64,000 nucleotides of DNA from Anolis carolinensis. Taxonomy: Eukaryota. The stretch is taken from the NCBI RefSeq assembly GCF_035594765.1, contig NC_085842.1:140133036-140197035 (forward strand), read 5' to 3'. How positions within the stretch are numbered: position 1 is the stretch's first letter; every line of letters begins with the position of its first letter. The notes under the pieces were generated by a model. The model saw only the letters and a program-made list of their open reading frames with translations, was not told where the DNA came from and did not search any database. Positions 50,461-64,000 of this stretch are shown piece by piece. The translations under genes were made by a program, and so were the position numbers.

Positions 50461-51960
50461 TAGCCTTCTTTATCTAATAGTGCTATGATTCAGTAACATT
50501 GAGTCTTGCCAGTTAAAGTGCTGTCAATTTTTACAATGTACACACACCCTAAGGCCCCTTCTACACTGCCATATAAAATCCAGATTATCTGATTTGAACT
50601 GGATTATATGGCAATGTAGACTCATATAATCCAATTCAAAGCAGGTAATGTGGATTATCTGCCTTGATAGTCTGAATTATATGGCCGTGTGGAAGAGGCC
50701 TCAGTGCCATTGTGCCTGCATAGAGTCTGATACTTATGAAAAATGTGGAATTTCCATGGTTTAGACTCCGTACCCAAAGGATGTCTATTTCTGTATATCT
50801 AGAAAACTATATAAGGAAGAATATACATTTCGAAAGCATTTAAAAGTATGTAACTGGGTGCATGTCTTAAATATCACAACATAGACACCACATCAGTCTC
50901 CTGATGGGTTTATTTGTTATTCTGGAAATTAGAAATCATGGCATATACACTGTCATTCATCTAAGTTTAGATTTGTGCTATTGAAATTAGGAATAGTGTG
51001 GAATGCCTATACAAGATAAAATCAATTTGCTAATTATATCTAGACCACAACTAAGTGGATTAATTGCTGAGTGGTAAATTATCACTTGTGTATATTACAT
51101 GGATTCAAGCAGTCTACTTTAGTAGGAACCAGCAATTAAATTTAAGTCATTGTGTTAAGATTTAATCCCCTCTTTGCCATGCTTAATGCCATGGGCAGTG
51201 GACAGGTTTCTGCACATTGGCATTGCATTTTTGGATCCTGGAAAAACTGCTCTGTTTTTGCATGTATAATCTCATGGATTTAATCCCTAGCATCTCCTGT
51301 TCAAAGCATAGCAGGATTGAGAAAAATATCTGCCTGAGATTTTGGAGAATCTCTGCCTGTTACAGTAGTAGATAGTATTGCTTTTGTATAGACTGGTGTG
51401 AAGCCCACTTTACAAAGGTTTCTTCAGATGGGGGAAAAATATTTTCCTTTATATCCCACCTCTGTAACCAATTTAAACCTGGAAGTCACAGTTGTTCCTA
51501 ATCCAAGATTGCAGGGATCTTTTTGGACTCTTTAAATCTCATTCAGTGATTTAGAGAAACAGTCTTCATACTGAACGAAACAGTAACTGAGTTTATTTAT
51601 TGAGATCTTGCAACAGAAGAGTGTTGGTTACATTTGTATATTGCTTTCTTGGTTGAATAACATTGTTTCATTACAGAAGGAAAGCTGTATTTTCATACAA
51701 ATCTTTATACACAAAAAAATTCACTTGTTTACCATGCAGGAGCAGACTCAACTATTTTCAACTTATTCTAACTTTCATGACCTAGCAGTTGGCTTTCCAC
51801 GTCCTAACTGACTTTAGAATGTTTGGGTTTTTTCTCCAACTGCTGTTTCTTGGCTATCTCCCCTTTCAAATTCTAGCATCTGCTCATTTACACATGACCA
51901 ATCAGGTAATTCCTATGTAAATTAGCTCCTCCCTTGGTGCTACCTTCTAAGAGTCACAAA

Positions 51961-51988
51961 ATGGCTGTTCGCACACCAGCCCTGCAAG
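51961..51988 (+). CDS. MAP2K4: Candidate alternative first coding exon of MAP2K4 (MAVRTPALQG)
   Basis: AAAATGG Kozak context; 28 nt ending CAAG|GTAGGT; phase 1 like exon 1; CCAAT box about 60 nt upstream. Confidence 0.5.
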
Positions 51989-52587
51989 GTAGGTCATGTT
52001 TCAACATTAACAATCGTATCCAAAATTTACACTATAATTCAGCATTTCGCTACAACTGGTAGTCTGACTCAGTATATTGTATCTCTTCAATATCTGCTAG
52101 TTTTGTTTGGCATAAATTCTCAGAGACTTCTTTAGATACAAGTTGCCTTCAGGCCACAAAACCTTATGTCTATTGAAATGTGTTAGTCTTTAAGGTGTCA
52201 CAAGGTAACTTTTTTACACCAGCAGCCTATTCCAGCTCTTCCTCTGGTAATTACATGTGGAGGAGCTTTGATTGCTGCTTCCCAGCAAATGTGTATGAAG
52301 CAGAAGACATGTGTTCGCAGTCATCAGATATAAAATTCATTGTGTGAGCTGCATACAGAAATTCCATAGAGGGATTTCACTGTATTTGAAGAAAGTCTTA
52401 ATATATAGAAATAAGATACCAGCAAATGTAATGGAGCTTTAACAGTGTGTTTTGTTTGGGGACTACTACTTGTCCTGCTGTTCAGAATATCTGGAAAAGA
52501 CCAACAATTCAGAAATTCTGTAGATTTGTCCTTAAGTTGCATTTGTAAGCCAGAACAGGTACATTTTAAGTGTAATTCCACCCATAG

Positions 52588-52592
<5 letters not shown>

Positions 52593-52619
<27 letters not shown>
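52593..52619. repeat. (TG)n microsatellite
   Basis: Direct observation. Confidence 0.95.
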
Positions 52620-52624
<5 letters not shown>

Positions 52625-55086
52625 CTTTGGATAACATAGGGAAGGTTAACACCCTTGTGGTGTTTGTTTTGCTGTCTGTGCCCCTGTTCTGTTCAGAAGA
52701 TTCCACCTCACTCTCTTTCCTTGTGATAATCAAATTTTGAAAAAAATTGGCTTGTTGTGGAAAGAGGCTTGATGATAAAGCTTCAGTTGAGACACTTTTC
52801 CTCATGATAACTCTTTCAGGAATGAATTTCCCTTTTGGGGGGTAGATTTCCCTCAATTTCTGTTGTCTCACCCCTGTTCTTAACTATGAGTAGTTTGTAA
52901 GTCTCATGTTTGCAACTCTGGGACTGCCTGTATAGTAACACCTCCTTTTTATACATTTCTCTCAGAAATTTTACTGGATGGATTGAAGCAGTATTGGAGA
53001 ATATTTAAATTTGTATTCAGATTCTGACAATATTTGTTTATGTAATTACATAAAATGTGCATGTTTGATACACTATAATTTATTATTTAGTCTGGTATAA
53101 TATTTTGGTTTAGTACTTGAAAGTGCAGTTTGATACACATTGTGTGGTATATTAATAAACATAATAATAATTGAGTTATTTTGTGTAATAACAAATTAAA
53201 CATTACCAGATGTTGCTGGTATGCTCAGTCTAATTCTTAAACACAATTAAATGTGCAAACTATTAGCTACTTAATAGCTATCATAGCAAGACACTCCTTT
53301 TATTTGGCCAATCCCTGCCAGCTAATCTTTAGTTTGTGATTTCAGAAGAGTTGATTTACATAGTTGGAGATCAGCATTTTCCTTTCTACTTTTTAGGCTT
53401 TAATTCAAAGGTAATGCTCAGTATATTGTTGGGTTGCAATTCCTCTCTCCTTGATCAGTAGTCATGCTGGCCATAGTTGATGGGAGCCACAGTCCAACAA
53501 CATATGGAAGGCCACATGTTCGTCATCTCAAGAATTATATTCAGATAAGATTCTGTGGGGAAATGGCAATGATTGGAACACATTCTTCCATTTTTTATGA
53601 AGCAGGAAAATAGGACACAAGAGTCTGCTCACTAGTTCCCTGACTGTGCAGGTATACAGTCACAACAGGTTGCAACCGTGTTCTGATTATATACTTGGCA
53701 TTGCCCCATGGAAGGAGTGCTAATTCTACAGTGAAGTGAATGTTTTTAGGCATTTCAATGTTATGATAACAAAACGTATTTCAAATCATTCTTGTGGTTG
53801 AAATGTTACAAGATATGTTTTTAAACTTTCTCATTGTAAGTAAAACTTACACTAAAGATATGGTGAACCATCCTGTGGAGTTATTTTGCATGTTTACAAG
53901 TAATCACATCAGTAAATTGACTAACTTGGATAATTTAATATCAAGTCACAGTATGGTAAATCTCCAGTTTTATTAGTGTAACTTCTCGTCATTTTGGACA
54001 TATGATAATCCTAAGGTTACCCAGGTGTGAGAGAGTGTGTTTTGCTGAAGATCATCTAGTAGGTTTCTATGCCTGAGTAGGAATTGTAATTCATAAGCAA
54101 GATTTTGGTGAATAGTTATTAGATGTTCTGCTTATAGACTGTCTTGGAAGCATATATGCACCTGTTAAATGCTCAGTCTTTTGATAAATTAGATTCTGTA
54201 TTTTCAGTTGGCAGAATAATGCAGTCTTCTACTTCTTGGGACACCACTCCCATTTTTTCCTTCGGTTTTGTTCCATTTTAGATTATTATAGCTTAATGCT
54301 TTACATGTCATATGTACACCTTCCTTCTGCTTTATTATTACCAAAATTTTAATCAATTATTTCAATTTTAAAGTCATTATAAAATATGAAAACAGAATCA
54401 ATAATAACCATTGGTTTTATTTCCATCTGCTTATATAACATGGATGTAGTGAAATATCCCATCTCATTTAACAAAGGCAAACAGCGCCTGCTGCAGATCT
54501 GAAAGGTCCTTTAGTACTAATGGGAAACTGTGAAAGACTATAAGTTACTTTACTGGGAGAGCTAGATGCTTTTGTGATCTCTGTCTTCCTGACACATTTT
54601 TCTTTCCCCTTCCCCGCATGTGTTGCACACATGACTGAAGCAACCTCCCGTGGAAATGTATCTTTTGAATTTGCTCACTGATGGTTCTTCTCTCTTTCCT
54701 TAAAAAGGTGTTCAGTTTTCAGGAAATATAATGTTGAGTTCTGGGTGGCAAATTATGTCAATGGTTGGGCTACATGAATGTGCTCGGTGTGCTTCCAAGC
54801 TGTTGTGAAATGCTTTCTTTTGATTTGTATATGATTCTAAATTCTCATATCATGTTTTATCTTGTTGTAGAGATTGTCCACAGCAACTAGTTGCAGAGAG
54901 TTCAGAGCAACATTTTAATACTGTTTACAACAGTAAAGTATTTTAAAGTATTTTATTTCATACCTGTTTCTGTAATTTTTCCAGAAATGAATACGCCTGG
55001 CCTGGAAATTTCATTTTATTGGCGAGTTGCACATGCTTATAATCATTATGTTCAGTGTCAGGAGGTGTAATATTTCTCCCTTTTTA

Positions 55087-55306
55087 GGGTGCATCTACAT
55101 CCTAAATAATGCAGTTTAAAACCATTTTAACTTCTATTGCTCAATGCTATGGAATCATGAGAGTTGTAGTTTTAAAAGGTCTTTAGCTTTTTCTGCCAAA
55201 GAGTACTGGAGTATCACCTAAGTCCAACTTTTAAGATTCCATAGCATTGAGCCATGGCAGTTAAAGTGGTGGCAAAATGCATTAATTCTACAATGTGAAT
55301 GCTCCC
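55087..55306. mobile_element. Palindromic Harbinger/PIF-type MITE; many decayed copies (about 21610-21810, 32300-32480, 43715-44010, 45670-45830, 46610-46775, 47900-48060, 49150-49322, 49750-50550)
   Basis: GGGTGCAT...ATGCTCCC termini with TTA on both flanks; core CCATGGCAGTTAAAGTGGTG. Confidence 0.8.
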
Positions 55307-55914
55307 TTACTGCAATTTGATCTGAACATATATTTCTTCATGTTTACGTGTAATAGCATTTAAATTGTTGGACCATTTCTGTGTGGCATATGATAAGAAA
55401 ACCGTAAGGCTTTGGTGTGGTTAAAACCCAAAAGCATGGGAGATTGGCTGTGTTTTTCTTCCCATTTTTCAAGATGTGATTAATAAAAGTATGATTGTAA
55501 AAGGCAGAGGCAACATAATCAAATTGTGCTAAAGCATTTTGCCAAATATGCAGAAAAATGACCAATTAAACCAGATGGTCTGCTGTCACCTCCAGAAACT
55601 TCTTGTGATGATTGAATAAAATATCTACTGCTTATACCATTCCATATAGCTCTTAAAATTATCAACAGAATATGTATCAGATGACAGTGTGGCAAAGTGT
55701 TGTGAGCATTGAACTCCGACTTTGAATCCCTGCTTGTCCATAGAAACCTTGGGCAATCCCACTCTTTCCATTTTAGAAGAATGCAAAGAAACCCTTTTGC
55801 ACAAATCTTGTACAAAAACAAAACAAAACATAATAGTTTCACCTTTGGGTTACCATAAAACATAAAACAAATTGAAGGCACACAACAATAACAATAATGG
55901 TAGATGGGCTAACC

Positions 55915-56850
55915 CAGGGGTCCTCAAACTTTTAAAGCAGAGGGCCTGTCCACAATCCTTCAGACTGTGGAGGGGCCGAATTATCATTTGGGGGGGAAAA
56001 AACGGACAAATTCCTATGCACACTGCACATGTCTTATTTGTAGTGCAAAACAACAACAATGAAAAAACAATACAATATTTAAAAATGAAAACATTTGTAA
56101 CCAGCATAAACCTATCAGGATTTCAATGGGAAGTGTGGGCCTGCTTCTGCCCAATGAGATAGTCAAGTGAATTAGGATTGTTGTTGTTGTGTGCCTTCAA
56201 GTCATTTCAGACTTTGGGCGAGCCTAAGTCTAAAATTATCTATTTATTCATTTACTACATTTATTTATTACATTTATATCCTGCCCTTCTCACCCTGAAG
56301 GGGACTCAGAGCAACTGTATGTACATACAATATATTATATTATTAATATAGCACAATATTAGCATTATATATTACTATATTGAACTATACCACTATATTG
56401 TAATATTATATGTAATATATAACATATAATTAATATTATTATATGGTATTATTATTAATGTTATATTGTATAAAATTATAATATTATTATCAATATTATA
56501 TGTATATACAATATATTATATTATTAAAAATGATATAAAATATTATAAAACTGAGTGCAGGGGCCAGGTAAATGACCTTGGAGGGCTGCATCTGGCCCCC
56601 AGGCCTTAGTTTGGGGACCCCTGCACTATACTGAAATATTATATGTAATATATAACATATAATTAATATTATTATATGGTATTAGTATTATATTGTATAA
56701 CATTATAATATTATTATCAATATTATATGTAAATACAATATATTATTAAAAATGATATAAAATATTATATTATAAAACTGAGGGCAGGGGCCAGGTAAAT
56801 GACCTTGGAGGGCCGCATCCGGCCCCCGGGCCTTAGTTTGGGGACCCCTG
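55915..56850. mobile_element. Non-autonomous hAT element with a duplicated 3' end
   Basis: TIR CAGGGGTCC; perfect 8-bp target duplication GGCTAACC (55907-55914, 56851-56858). Confidence 0.92.
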
Positions 56851-58282
56851 GGCTAACCTATAGCTGAGTAGAGTATCCATGATTAAAGGCAGTGGGTTTT
56901 TGATATAATAAAATAAAATAATTATTTTATTATATATGAAAGGAAAAGTGAACAAGATAGACCATTCGTCTATTTCAGCTAGGCTATTATTTTGCCTTTA
57001 CTTACGATGGTTGAGGTCCATGGGTCAACAAATAAGGCTGTCATTTTCATAGGTCATATTTATGTACTCCTGATTTTTCTCACCAGCACATTCAATGTGA
57101 GCATATTTTCTTCACTGACTGCTCTCAGTCAATCAGATTACACAAGAGAGAATAAGAACTGAATTCAAATGTTGTATTCTAGATGTATTACCAAAGACGT
57201 CCTCAGCAAATTTACTACTGTATTGTTATATGACAATATGAAATTTAAAAAGCAATATGGCAAAACCGTAAGTTTTATGACTGTATTATTAGTTTTCTTT
57301 TTTGCCAAATATGGAAATTGGTATTAGGTACAGAATATGTATGTATGTACCATCAAGTTACCAGTTGCTTTATGGAGTTCCCAAAATTTTCATAGGGTTT
57401 TCTCAAATAGGTTTTTGTCAGATCCATTCTCTGAAATGTTGCTTATGTATTTGTTTGTTATCTCCCAACCAAGTACAGACTAGGGGTGTCACTGTTTGGT
57501 TTCTAAGATTAAACAGTCATCTGGTATCTTGAGAGTATTAGGGTCCTTCAGAATTTAGCAGCTTGAAATGTTCAGGTTTCATTTAAAATAGTTAGAGAAG
57601 TTGATCTTAAAATGTGTAGAGAATGCTTAAGATATATTTTTTAAAAATGGCATATCAGTGGATATTGGTTTAGGTATTTAGTTGTTTCTTTTAAAAATTG
57701 GTAGAAGAAGCATACATTGTGGAAAATCAAAAAGGTTTCTTTGTGTAAGTTATATAAGTTGAAAAAATGTCTGCCTCTATGTAATAGATACGTAAAAATC
57801 AAAGCTTGATGTATACTGGTTGTGTGACTGTGTACGTAGACAATATGAAACATGACAATAATACTTATACATGTATCAGGAGAGCCTTTTCTTTAAAGTC
57901 CAAAGGTTGAATAGGAAAGTCTTCATTTATTCAAGACTGCATTTATTTTCAGATTTTTTTCCCTTGTAACTAATTTGCTGCAGACGACTAGTAAAAAACC
58001 ATGTTTATTCTTAACATTTTATTTTAGTTAACCAATGAACTAATACTTAACCTCTTAAAGTTAACCTATGTGAAAACTCATCTGTAGTATAACTCCCGGA
58101 GACACTAGCTGTTGACAAGAAAACTGAGATTATCGGAATAATTTCTTTGGAAGTCATTTAACCTATGTCAAACATTTTGTTTGGTGTTTCACTTTTTAAA
58201 AATGAACGTTAAATGTTATTTTAAAGGTTATGAAAATATGTAATTCCAGCAAATGAACTAGAACTTATCTTTTTTGCTTTAG

Positions 58283-58315
58283 GCTTTCAGATAAACTTCT
58301 GTGAAAAAGCACAAA
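58283..58315 (+). CDS. MAP2K4: MAP2K4 33-nt alternative cassette exon
   Basis: TTTAG|GCTTTCAGATAAACTTCTGTGAAAAAGCACAAA|GTAAG = (G)FQINFCEKAQ(S), matching the 11-aa insert I recall for the long human isoform; phase 1-1. Confidence 0.92.
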
Positions 58316-60682
58316 GTAAGCTACATGTTTTTATAGTATTTGCTATTTTATTTTATTTTTATATCATTCTTGGTTCTGGGAATGTGTCCACTGTTGATCT
58401 AACTAACCAGCCATGCATTAATACATGGGCAGAGCTTCCATTTTACATCGTACTTTAAAATGCGATTGCATATTTCTGTAAATACTACTTCAATGCAGTT
58501 TTTCCAACTTGAAAAATAACGATATGTGTTTCCATAGCATATACTGTATCTAAATTGTAATAAAGGGAAAATATTTGTACTTTTCCATAAATAAAATGTA
58601 GTGGAATCATTTCTCTTTGCTTAGGATTTGTCTTTGATAACTTTTTCAAAAAGTATTCATAACTACTTATATTGCTCTTTCAGTAATGACCTATACTTCA
58701 GTTAAATTTCCCCTTCTTATCAGATTGCTGAAGAACTGCTTTATATTTGTCAGGCGATAACTCCAATACTGTTTAGCCTTTCTGGCAGTGGCCCTTAATG
58801 AACTCATGGACTCCTCTTATCTTCAATTTTACGAGAGTTAGAAGAGTAAGGACCCTACAAGAGTGAAAAAACTGCAAATAAGCAAAGCTATTACTTTTAT
58901 CTAAAAAAAAAATTTCTAAGAATTTTGAAGTCCTCTAATGCAATTCTATGCTCAACCTGCAGTTAATGAGAGAATTATGCTGGAGGACCTAGAGAGAACA
59001 TATTAATCAAATTTGAAAATAATTCAAATCTGCAAACATTAAACTTGCAAATGTAGAGGGGCTGATTGTACTGGTAGATATGTTGGAAATGCTGGCCTTT
59101 AAAACTTGAATCTCAGACACATGAAAAACATGTGTCCTGCCATTCAGTCAGACTCCTACCTCGGAGTTTCAGATTTTATTTTTTAATGGTCCAGTATGTT
59201 TTCCATTACTAAATTTTATTTTTTGATGACTGAATACTTCTTGTAATGCCCAAATTTCTTCAAAGGTGAGGGGGAAAAACCTTTTGGATATTTTCAGCCC
59301 ATGTTTGGATGTTTAATGGAAGTTCCTCACAATTAACTTTCATTGTTTCATTTTCTTATGGCTTTCCTTTTATAATTGCTATGTTCATTGTGTCTTTATG
59401 ATTGCTTGCCATGCTTTAGTGGGAATTTTATTACAGACCAAAGCATAGCATTGCTAGCATTTCCCCCCTTACTTTGTAAATCTTGCATAGTTGAAAATGT
59501 CATTTATGCCTTAATTCAGATTGCATTATCATTTTTATTTGAATTTAATGGATGAATATATATATGTATACATACACACACATACATATTCATATTTATC
59601 TATCTCATTTAGAATTGATGAAAAGCTTATCAATAATGACTGCATTCCAGTTGGGATTTTATGTCTGATTATCTTGTTGGTGGGTTGTGTCAAGAAATAC
59701 AAAGGAGTTTTTTGAGCCTATCACGTTATCACTTTACTTACAAAAAAAATCATAAATATATTTTTATTACTCACAATCTGGTACAATGGATCTCTATGAT
59801 AAAAAAAGTGATGTTTGGGAGAATTTTGTCAGCAATCTTTGTATTGTGCAGAATCTTGATTTCCACCCCCTCAGCCCTCTTGTAACTGTTATAGACCGTG
59901 CTTTCCCCATGGTTGTTGAAGTCTTAGTACTTAGCAATGTGACTTCTAATTATTTAAATGGGTTTTAAAAGCAGGTAGCAGTTGCCAGGATCTCAGATCC
60001 ATGGTATGGGAAGGTGGGCAAATGGCATGGGAAGGTGGTCAGGAGAGTGATAAGAATTTAGACCAGGGATTGGATCAAAGGCAGAGGTTTGGATATCGTT
60101 TTCGTCATATATTTGAATCAGTTTTGATCCAACTTTTCTCTGCCTTCAGCTGCTACTTAGTATCCTTTTAAAAGCTGATAGGAAAAGCCAGGTTGTCTTT
60201 TGGTTCTCTCCAGCAAGATGTTTGAATGAGATAAGGATTTTACTTTAGTCTCATTTTTCCTATGGCTTTTCCCCTCCTTATTACTGCTGGATTCTTATGC
60301 CTTATGGCTCACTAATCTCCAGTTATGTCATTTTGGAGCTCCCGTTTTTAGGAATGGGATAATCAAGCATCTCCTTAAAGAAGATGCCATCCATAATATT
60401 CCAAACCTACCAGAATGACTAAGTGGAGATTGGCTAATTTGGATGGTAGTGAAAATCTTAATATAAAATGTAACATATGTATGTAGAGTAGAACTGATAT
60501 AAATATTTTGTCTATAATGAATTAGATTCATTAAATTCATTAGATATTGTCATCTTACCTAGCAGACTATTTCTATTTATGAAAATTTATCTAGGGTACT
60601 AAGTCTGTTGAACTGATTTTAAGTAGAAAATAACCCCAGTATCTATTTTCTAGTAGTTTTAAATGTAAAGTTTAACAGCGTG

Positions 60683-60685
<3 letters not shown>

Positions 60686-60727
<42 letters not shown>
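60686..60727. repeat. (CT)n microsatellite
   Basis: Direct observation. Confidence 0.95.
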
Positions 60728-60733
<6 letters not shown>

Positions 60734-63700
60734 GCAGAAAATATTCTGCTGGGAGAAGAAGTATACTGATAATTTTAGAAGGCCATTGTGTTTATATTAT
60801 AGTAAAGGATAACTGAAACTCCTTTTACCACAACTAATTGGGAAAAAGAACTAAAAACCTTATTGCAAAATTCAGAAGATGTTTTACATTGCTACAGCTA
60901 AAAAAAACCTCACAGAAATGAATAGAACCATGTTAGTTTTGTTCATACTTGGTCAGGTGTCTAGGCTAGACATAGAGTAATTCCCCCAAACAATGACAGC
61001 AGAGTCCTTATAGAACCAGTTCAGTTCTGTCAAGTATGTAATTTTTGTTTCCTGCAGTCTTTTAATAAATATAGTAGATTAGCCCCACATAGAATAAACC
61101 AATGGTTTGAAGATTCTTTTTCATTCTTCCTATATGTTACCATTTTTTTAAACCCTGCTACAGACCGAGAGGGGACACTTTCCTTCAGGTCAGTGTAGTT
61201 TAGTGGTTAGAGTGCTAGACTAACTGGGAAAATCCAGGTTCTGGTCCTTGCTCAATCATGAAGTTGATTAGCTGACATTGGGCTGGTCCCTGATTCTCAC
61301 TTTTTTTTTTTTTGGGTTAGGGTAAAAAATTGAAGGGGAGAAGCATGATTTATTTGGAAGGAAAAAATGCGAATATCAGTAGTAACAATAATTTGTTGTC
61401 TGGGCAACTTCTAGCCCTGTCTATAGCTATGCCCATCTTGTTAATGCTGCCATGACACAAGAACACTGTCATGAGTGCAGTTTGCTTTGTTTTTTGTTTT
61501 CCCTATGGTTTTTTTGGAGCTTCCTGGCAAGTTCTTACACTTGCTTTAACCCTATCTGTTATTCCCAAGCTTAAGATAGGGAGATCAATAAATACATGGT
61601 CATAACCTGCTTCTGGGGGACTAAAGAGGGCATTAGTCTGATCAGAACTTTCCACTGAAGTACAGATGGTAAGGGGCATGGCTTCAGTCAGGATGGCAAT
61701 CATGAATGCTCCAGATTTTTCTGGACTTCCTAATGCTCCTCACCATTAATTATCCTTACATGAAGAAATACATGCTTCTCACTCAAATCCATTTGGCAGT
61801 TTCAGTTAGAGTAGACTCATTGAAAGCTTAAGATCGATGTAGATGCTATATTATCATTCAGCAACCAAGGTAGTTGATCAATTTTTTCAGTTTAACAACC
61901 TCTGAAGGGCTTCATGATTGGTGTCTCTGAACTAGAAAGCCAGAATTTAAGAAACAATGTTAAGAACAGAGTCTTCTCTTTTGCAGGGGGCACAAACAGA
62001 GTTTTTGATGTTAAGTGTGAACCAAATCAGCCAGAGTTTTTGAGACAGTATGAATTAATGCAGAAGTTGCCCCAGGGTTTTTCACTTTCTCTATTAATTT
62101 ACAATCTTTTGGTTATATTGCTGGTATGTATCTGGCTATGAAAGTTACAACCTTTTCAAAATTAGTCAGAACTTTCATTAATTTGTCCAAAACAATATTG
62201 GTAATGTTTGTATATACTGTATGATGGCGAAAAAAATCTAATGATGTCAAGATTAGCTGGTAAATTTTACGGTTCTTGGAATGTTCTCTTCAATCTAAGG
62301 AGAATGCAGGTCAGAATGCTTTCTTGGCATTTCACCACATAACTTATTAAATTGGTAAGGATCTAGACTTGCCCTTCTGTGATAAGAATGTTGATGAGAT
62401 GGTGCAAAAAGGCAGTTTTAAACTATGCCCTCTGCAGTCGCCCTTGCCATCTGTTGCACTATTCCAAATGCCCTCCCAAATCTCTAAAGCAGATTTTTAT
62501 GGGTGCAGAGGACTGGTAGTTGGAGGAAAATTCATGAAAACTGGTATAATTTTAGCCAGGATAAAGGACTGTGCCTACCAAATTTTATAACTTAGGCCAG
62601 CACTGCCAACTATCCCATGATTCAATGGGGAAAAAAGGAAAAAAATCTTTTGAGGAAATGCCCAAAGAAATCTCTAGGGTGGTGCGGGAGCAGCAAAATG
62701 GATATTATATTCAGTTGCAGCTTCCCAGAATTATTGGTTCTAAAGTTAAATGTTAATTAGAAATGCAGGAAGCAATATTTGCCAAAAAAAGCAAATCCAG
62801 ATTTGGGTTGGTTATGTACCCCTTCTACAACAGGGAAGAGCAAAGTGCATTTTGAAGGCTACATGCATCCTCTCCTCCCCTCAGGCCACTGTGGAGGTCA
62901 AAACAAAATTAGCAAAATAATTTTTTTTTGCGTCTATATGTGTTCTGGAGGCCTGGAAAGACCTCAGAACATAATGAGAATGCCCTTTGCTCCCTAAAGG
63001 GCTTTTGAGGGCACTTTTTGTTTGGAAGTAAGTACAGTAGGATTGGCACATTTCATTTGTCATCCAGCCTTCCACCCCTCTTCTATAATATTTTGGCTAA
63101 ATTGCATGATTTTGTTAACTGTTCCTTTGTGTTTCTTGTTAGATATTGAAATCAGAGAGGGTCCTTGTTTTTTATGTGTGGAAGGGGTGAGTGTAGTGTC
63201 TTTGAACTTTTAAGAAGTGCCCTGAAACAAGGCCTTATTTCTCAGATGTGACCACTATTCCTGCCTGGTATTTCTTGAGACTTTATGAACTGAACTGAAT
63301 TAAACTGTTTAATCATTGGCTAATGGAACATTAGTATATTGTCTTTGTATACAGCTTATATTTTTAAACTTTGCTTGTTACAATAATTTTTAAAGTGTTT
63401 CAAGCGGTAATTTTAATTGTCTTTAAATTTTATTATAAACATACACATTTTTAATTTGCTATCTCTGGAAGGTATTCTGAGTATCACTCAGAAAAATCCC
63501 GCACAAAAATTAAATAAATAAACAAACAGTCTATCCCATGATTCACTATGACATAAATTTGACATCCTTCCTATTCTGTATATTTGGCTGATAATATCAA
63601 TAGGTAAGGAACCAAACCCATAATGTTCTCTGTCCTATTTCTGTAACCTTTCAGAGTTTAGAGCATAGAAATAAATTTAGGGTTGTGTAAACTGTAAAAC

Positions 63701-64000
63701 TTATGTATATACTTCCCAATAGGTATCAGACAATCTTTCAGTTATAGACTTCCTGCCTCTTGTTGTTTGTAAAGCTTTGGCCTTGTTAACAAATAAAGCT
63801 AGTCACCCTTATTTCTGAACTCTGTGTCCACCCAGTCTATTTTCATATGTATTTAAATTAGCAGCTTTTGAATCCTGCAGATGTCACTTGAATGCGTGCT
63901 CTCTACTATTTTTTGATGCCATCTTCCCTTTCCCATTCCAGGAAGTGATGGGGAAGATGAATCTCCTTCTAGCTGTAGTCTGCTGAATAGGCTAGCAACA

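Noticed and set aside
54680-54830. Possible cryptic exon after a pyrimidine tract in MAP2K4 intron 1
   Set aside because: No convincing donor and no similarity to MKK4
58316-64000. Next constitutive MAP2K4 exon (KRKALKLNFANP)
   Set aside because: Not found; it presumably lies beyond the window. Acceptor-like sites at 60737 and 61985 give no MKK4-like peptide

Overview
Vertebrate genomic DNA from a squamate reptile; the repeat families resemble those of Anolis. It is not microbial. Three complete protein-coding genes were reconstructed by hand from splice sites and phase: SCO1 (minus strand, 6 exons, 261 aa), ADPRM (plus, 3 coding exons plus a probable non-coding exon 1, 337 aa) and TMEM220 (minus, 6 exons, 177 aa). 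The 5' part of MAP2K4 follows (plus; exon 1 and the 33-nt cassette exon), only about 1.9 kb from TMEM220 in head-to-head orientation. Introns and intergenic DNA are packed with nested transposons: Tc1/mariner-type, hAT and Harbinger MITEs, Helitrons, L1, RTE, Vingi-like and CR1/L2 LINE pieces, tRNA-type SINEs, a solo LTR and Penelope-type repeats. The most interesting observations are a candidate alternative promoter and in-frame first coding exon inside MAP2K4 intron 1, hammerhead-ribozyme cores in an inverted Penelope-type repeat in TMEM220 intron 1, a six-cysteine run in the SCO1 presequence, and a MCAT/MEF2-rich muscle-type promoter with two candidate non-coding exons pointing out of the left edge, where a myosin heavy chain gene is expected by synteny. 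Gene identities come from remembered similarity to human orthologues. Repeat family names rest on terminal structure and memory, not on a database search.
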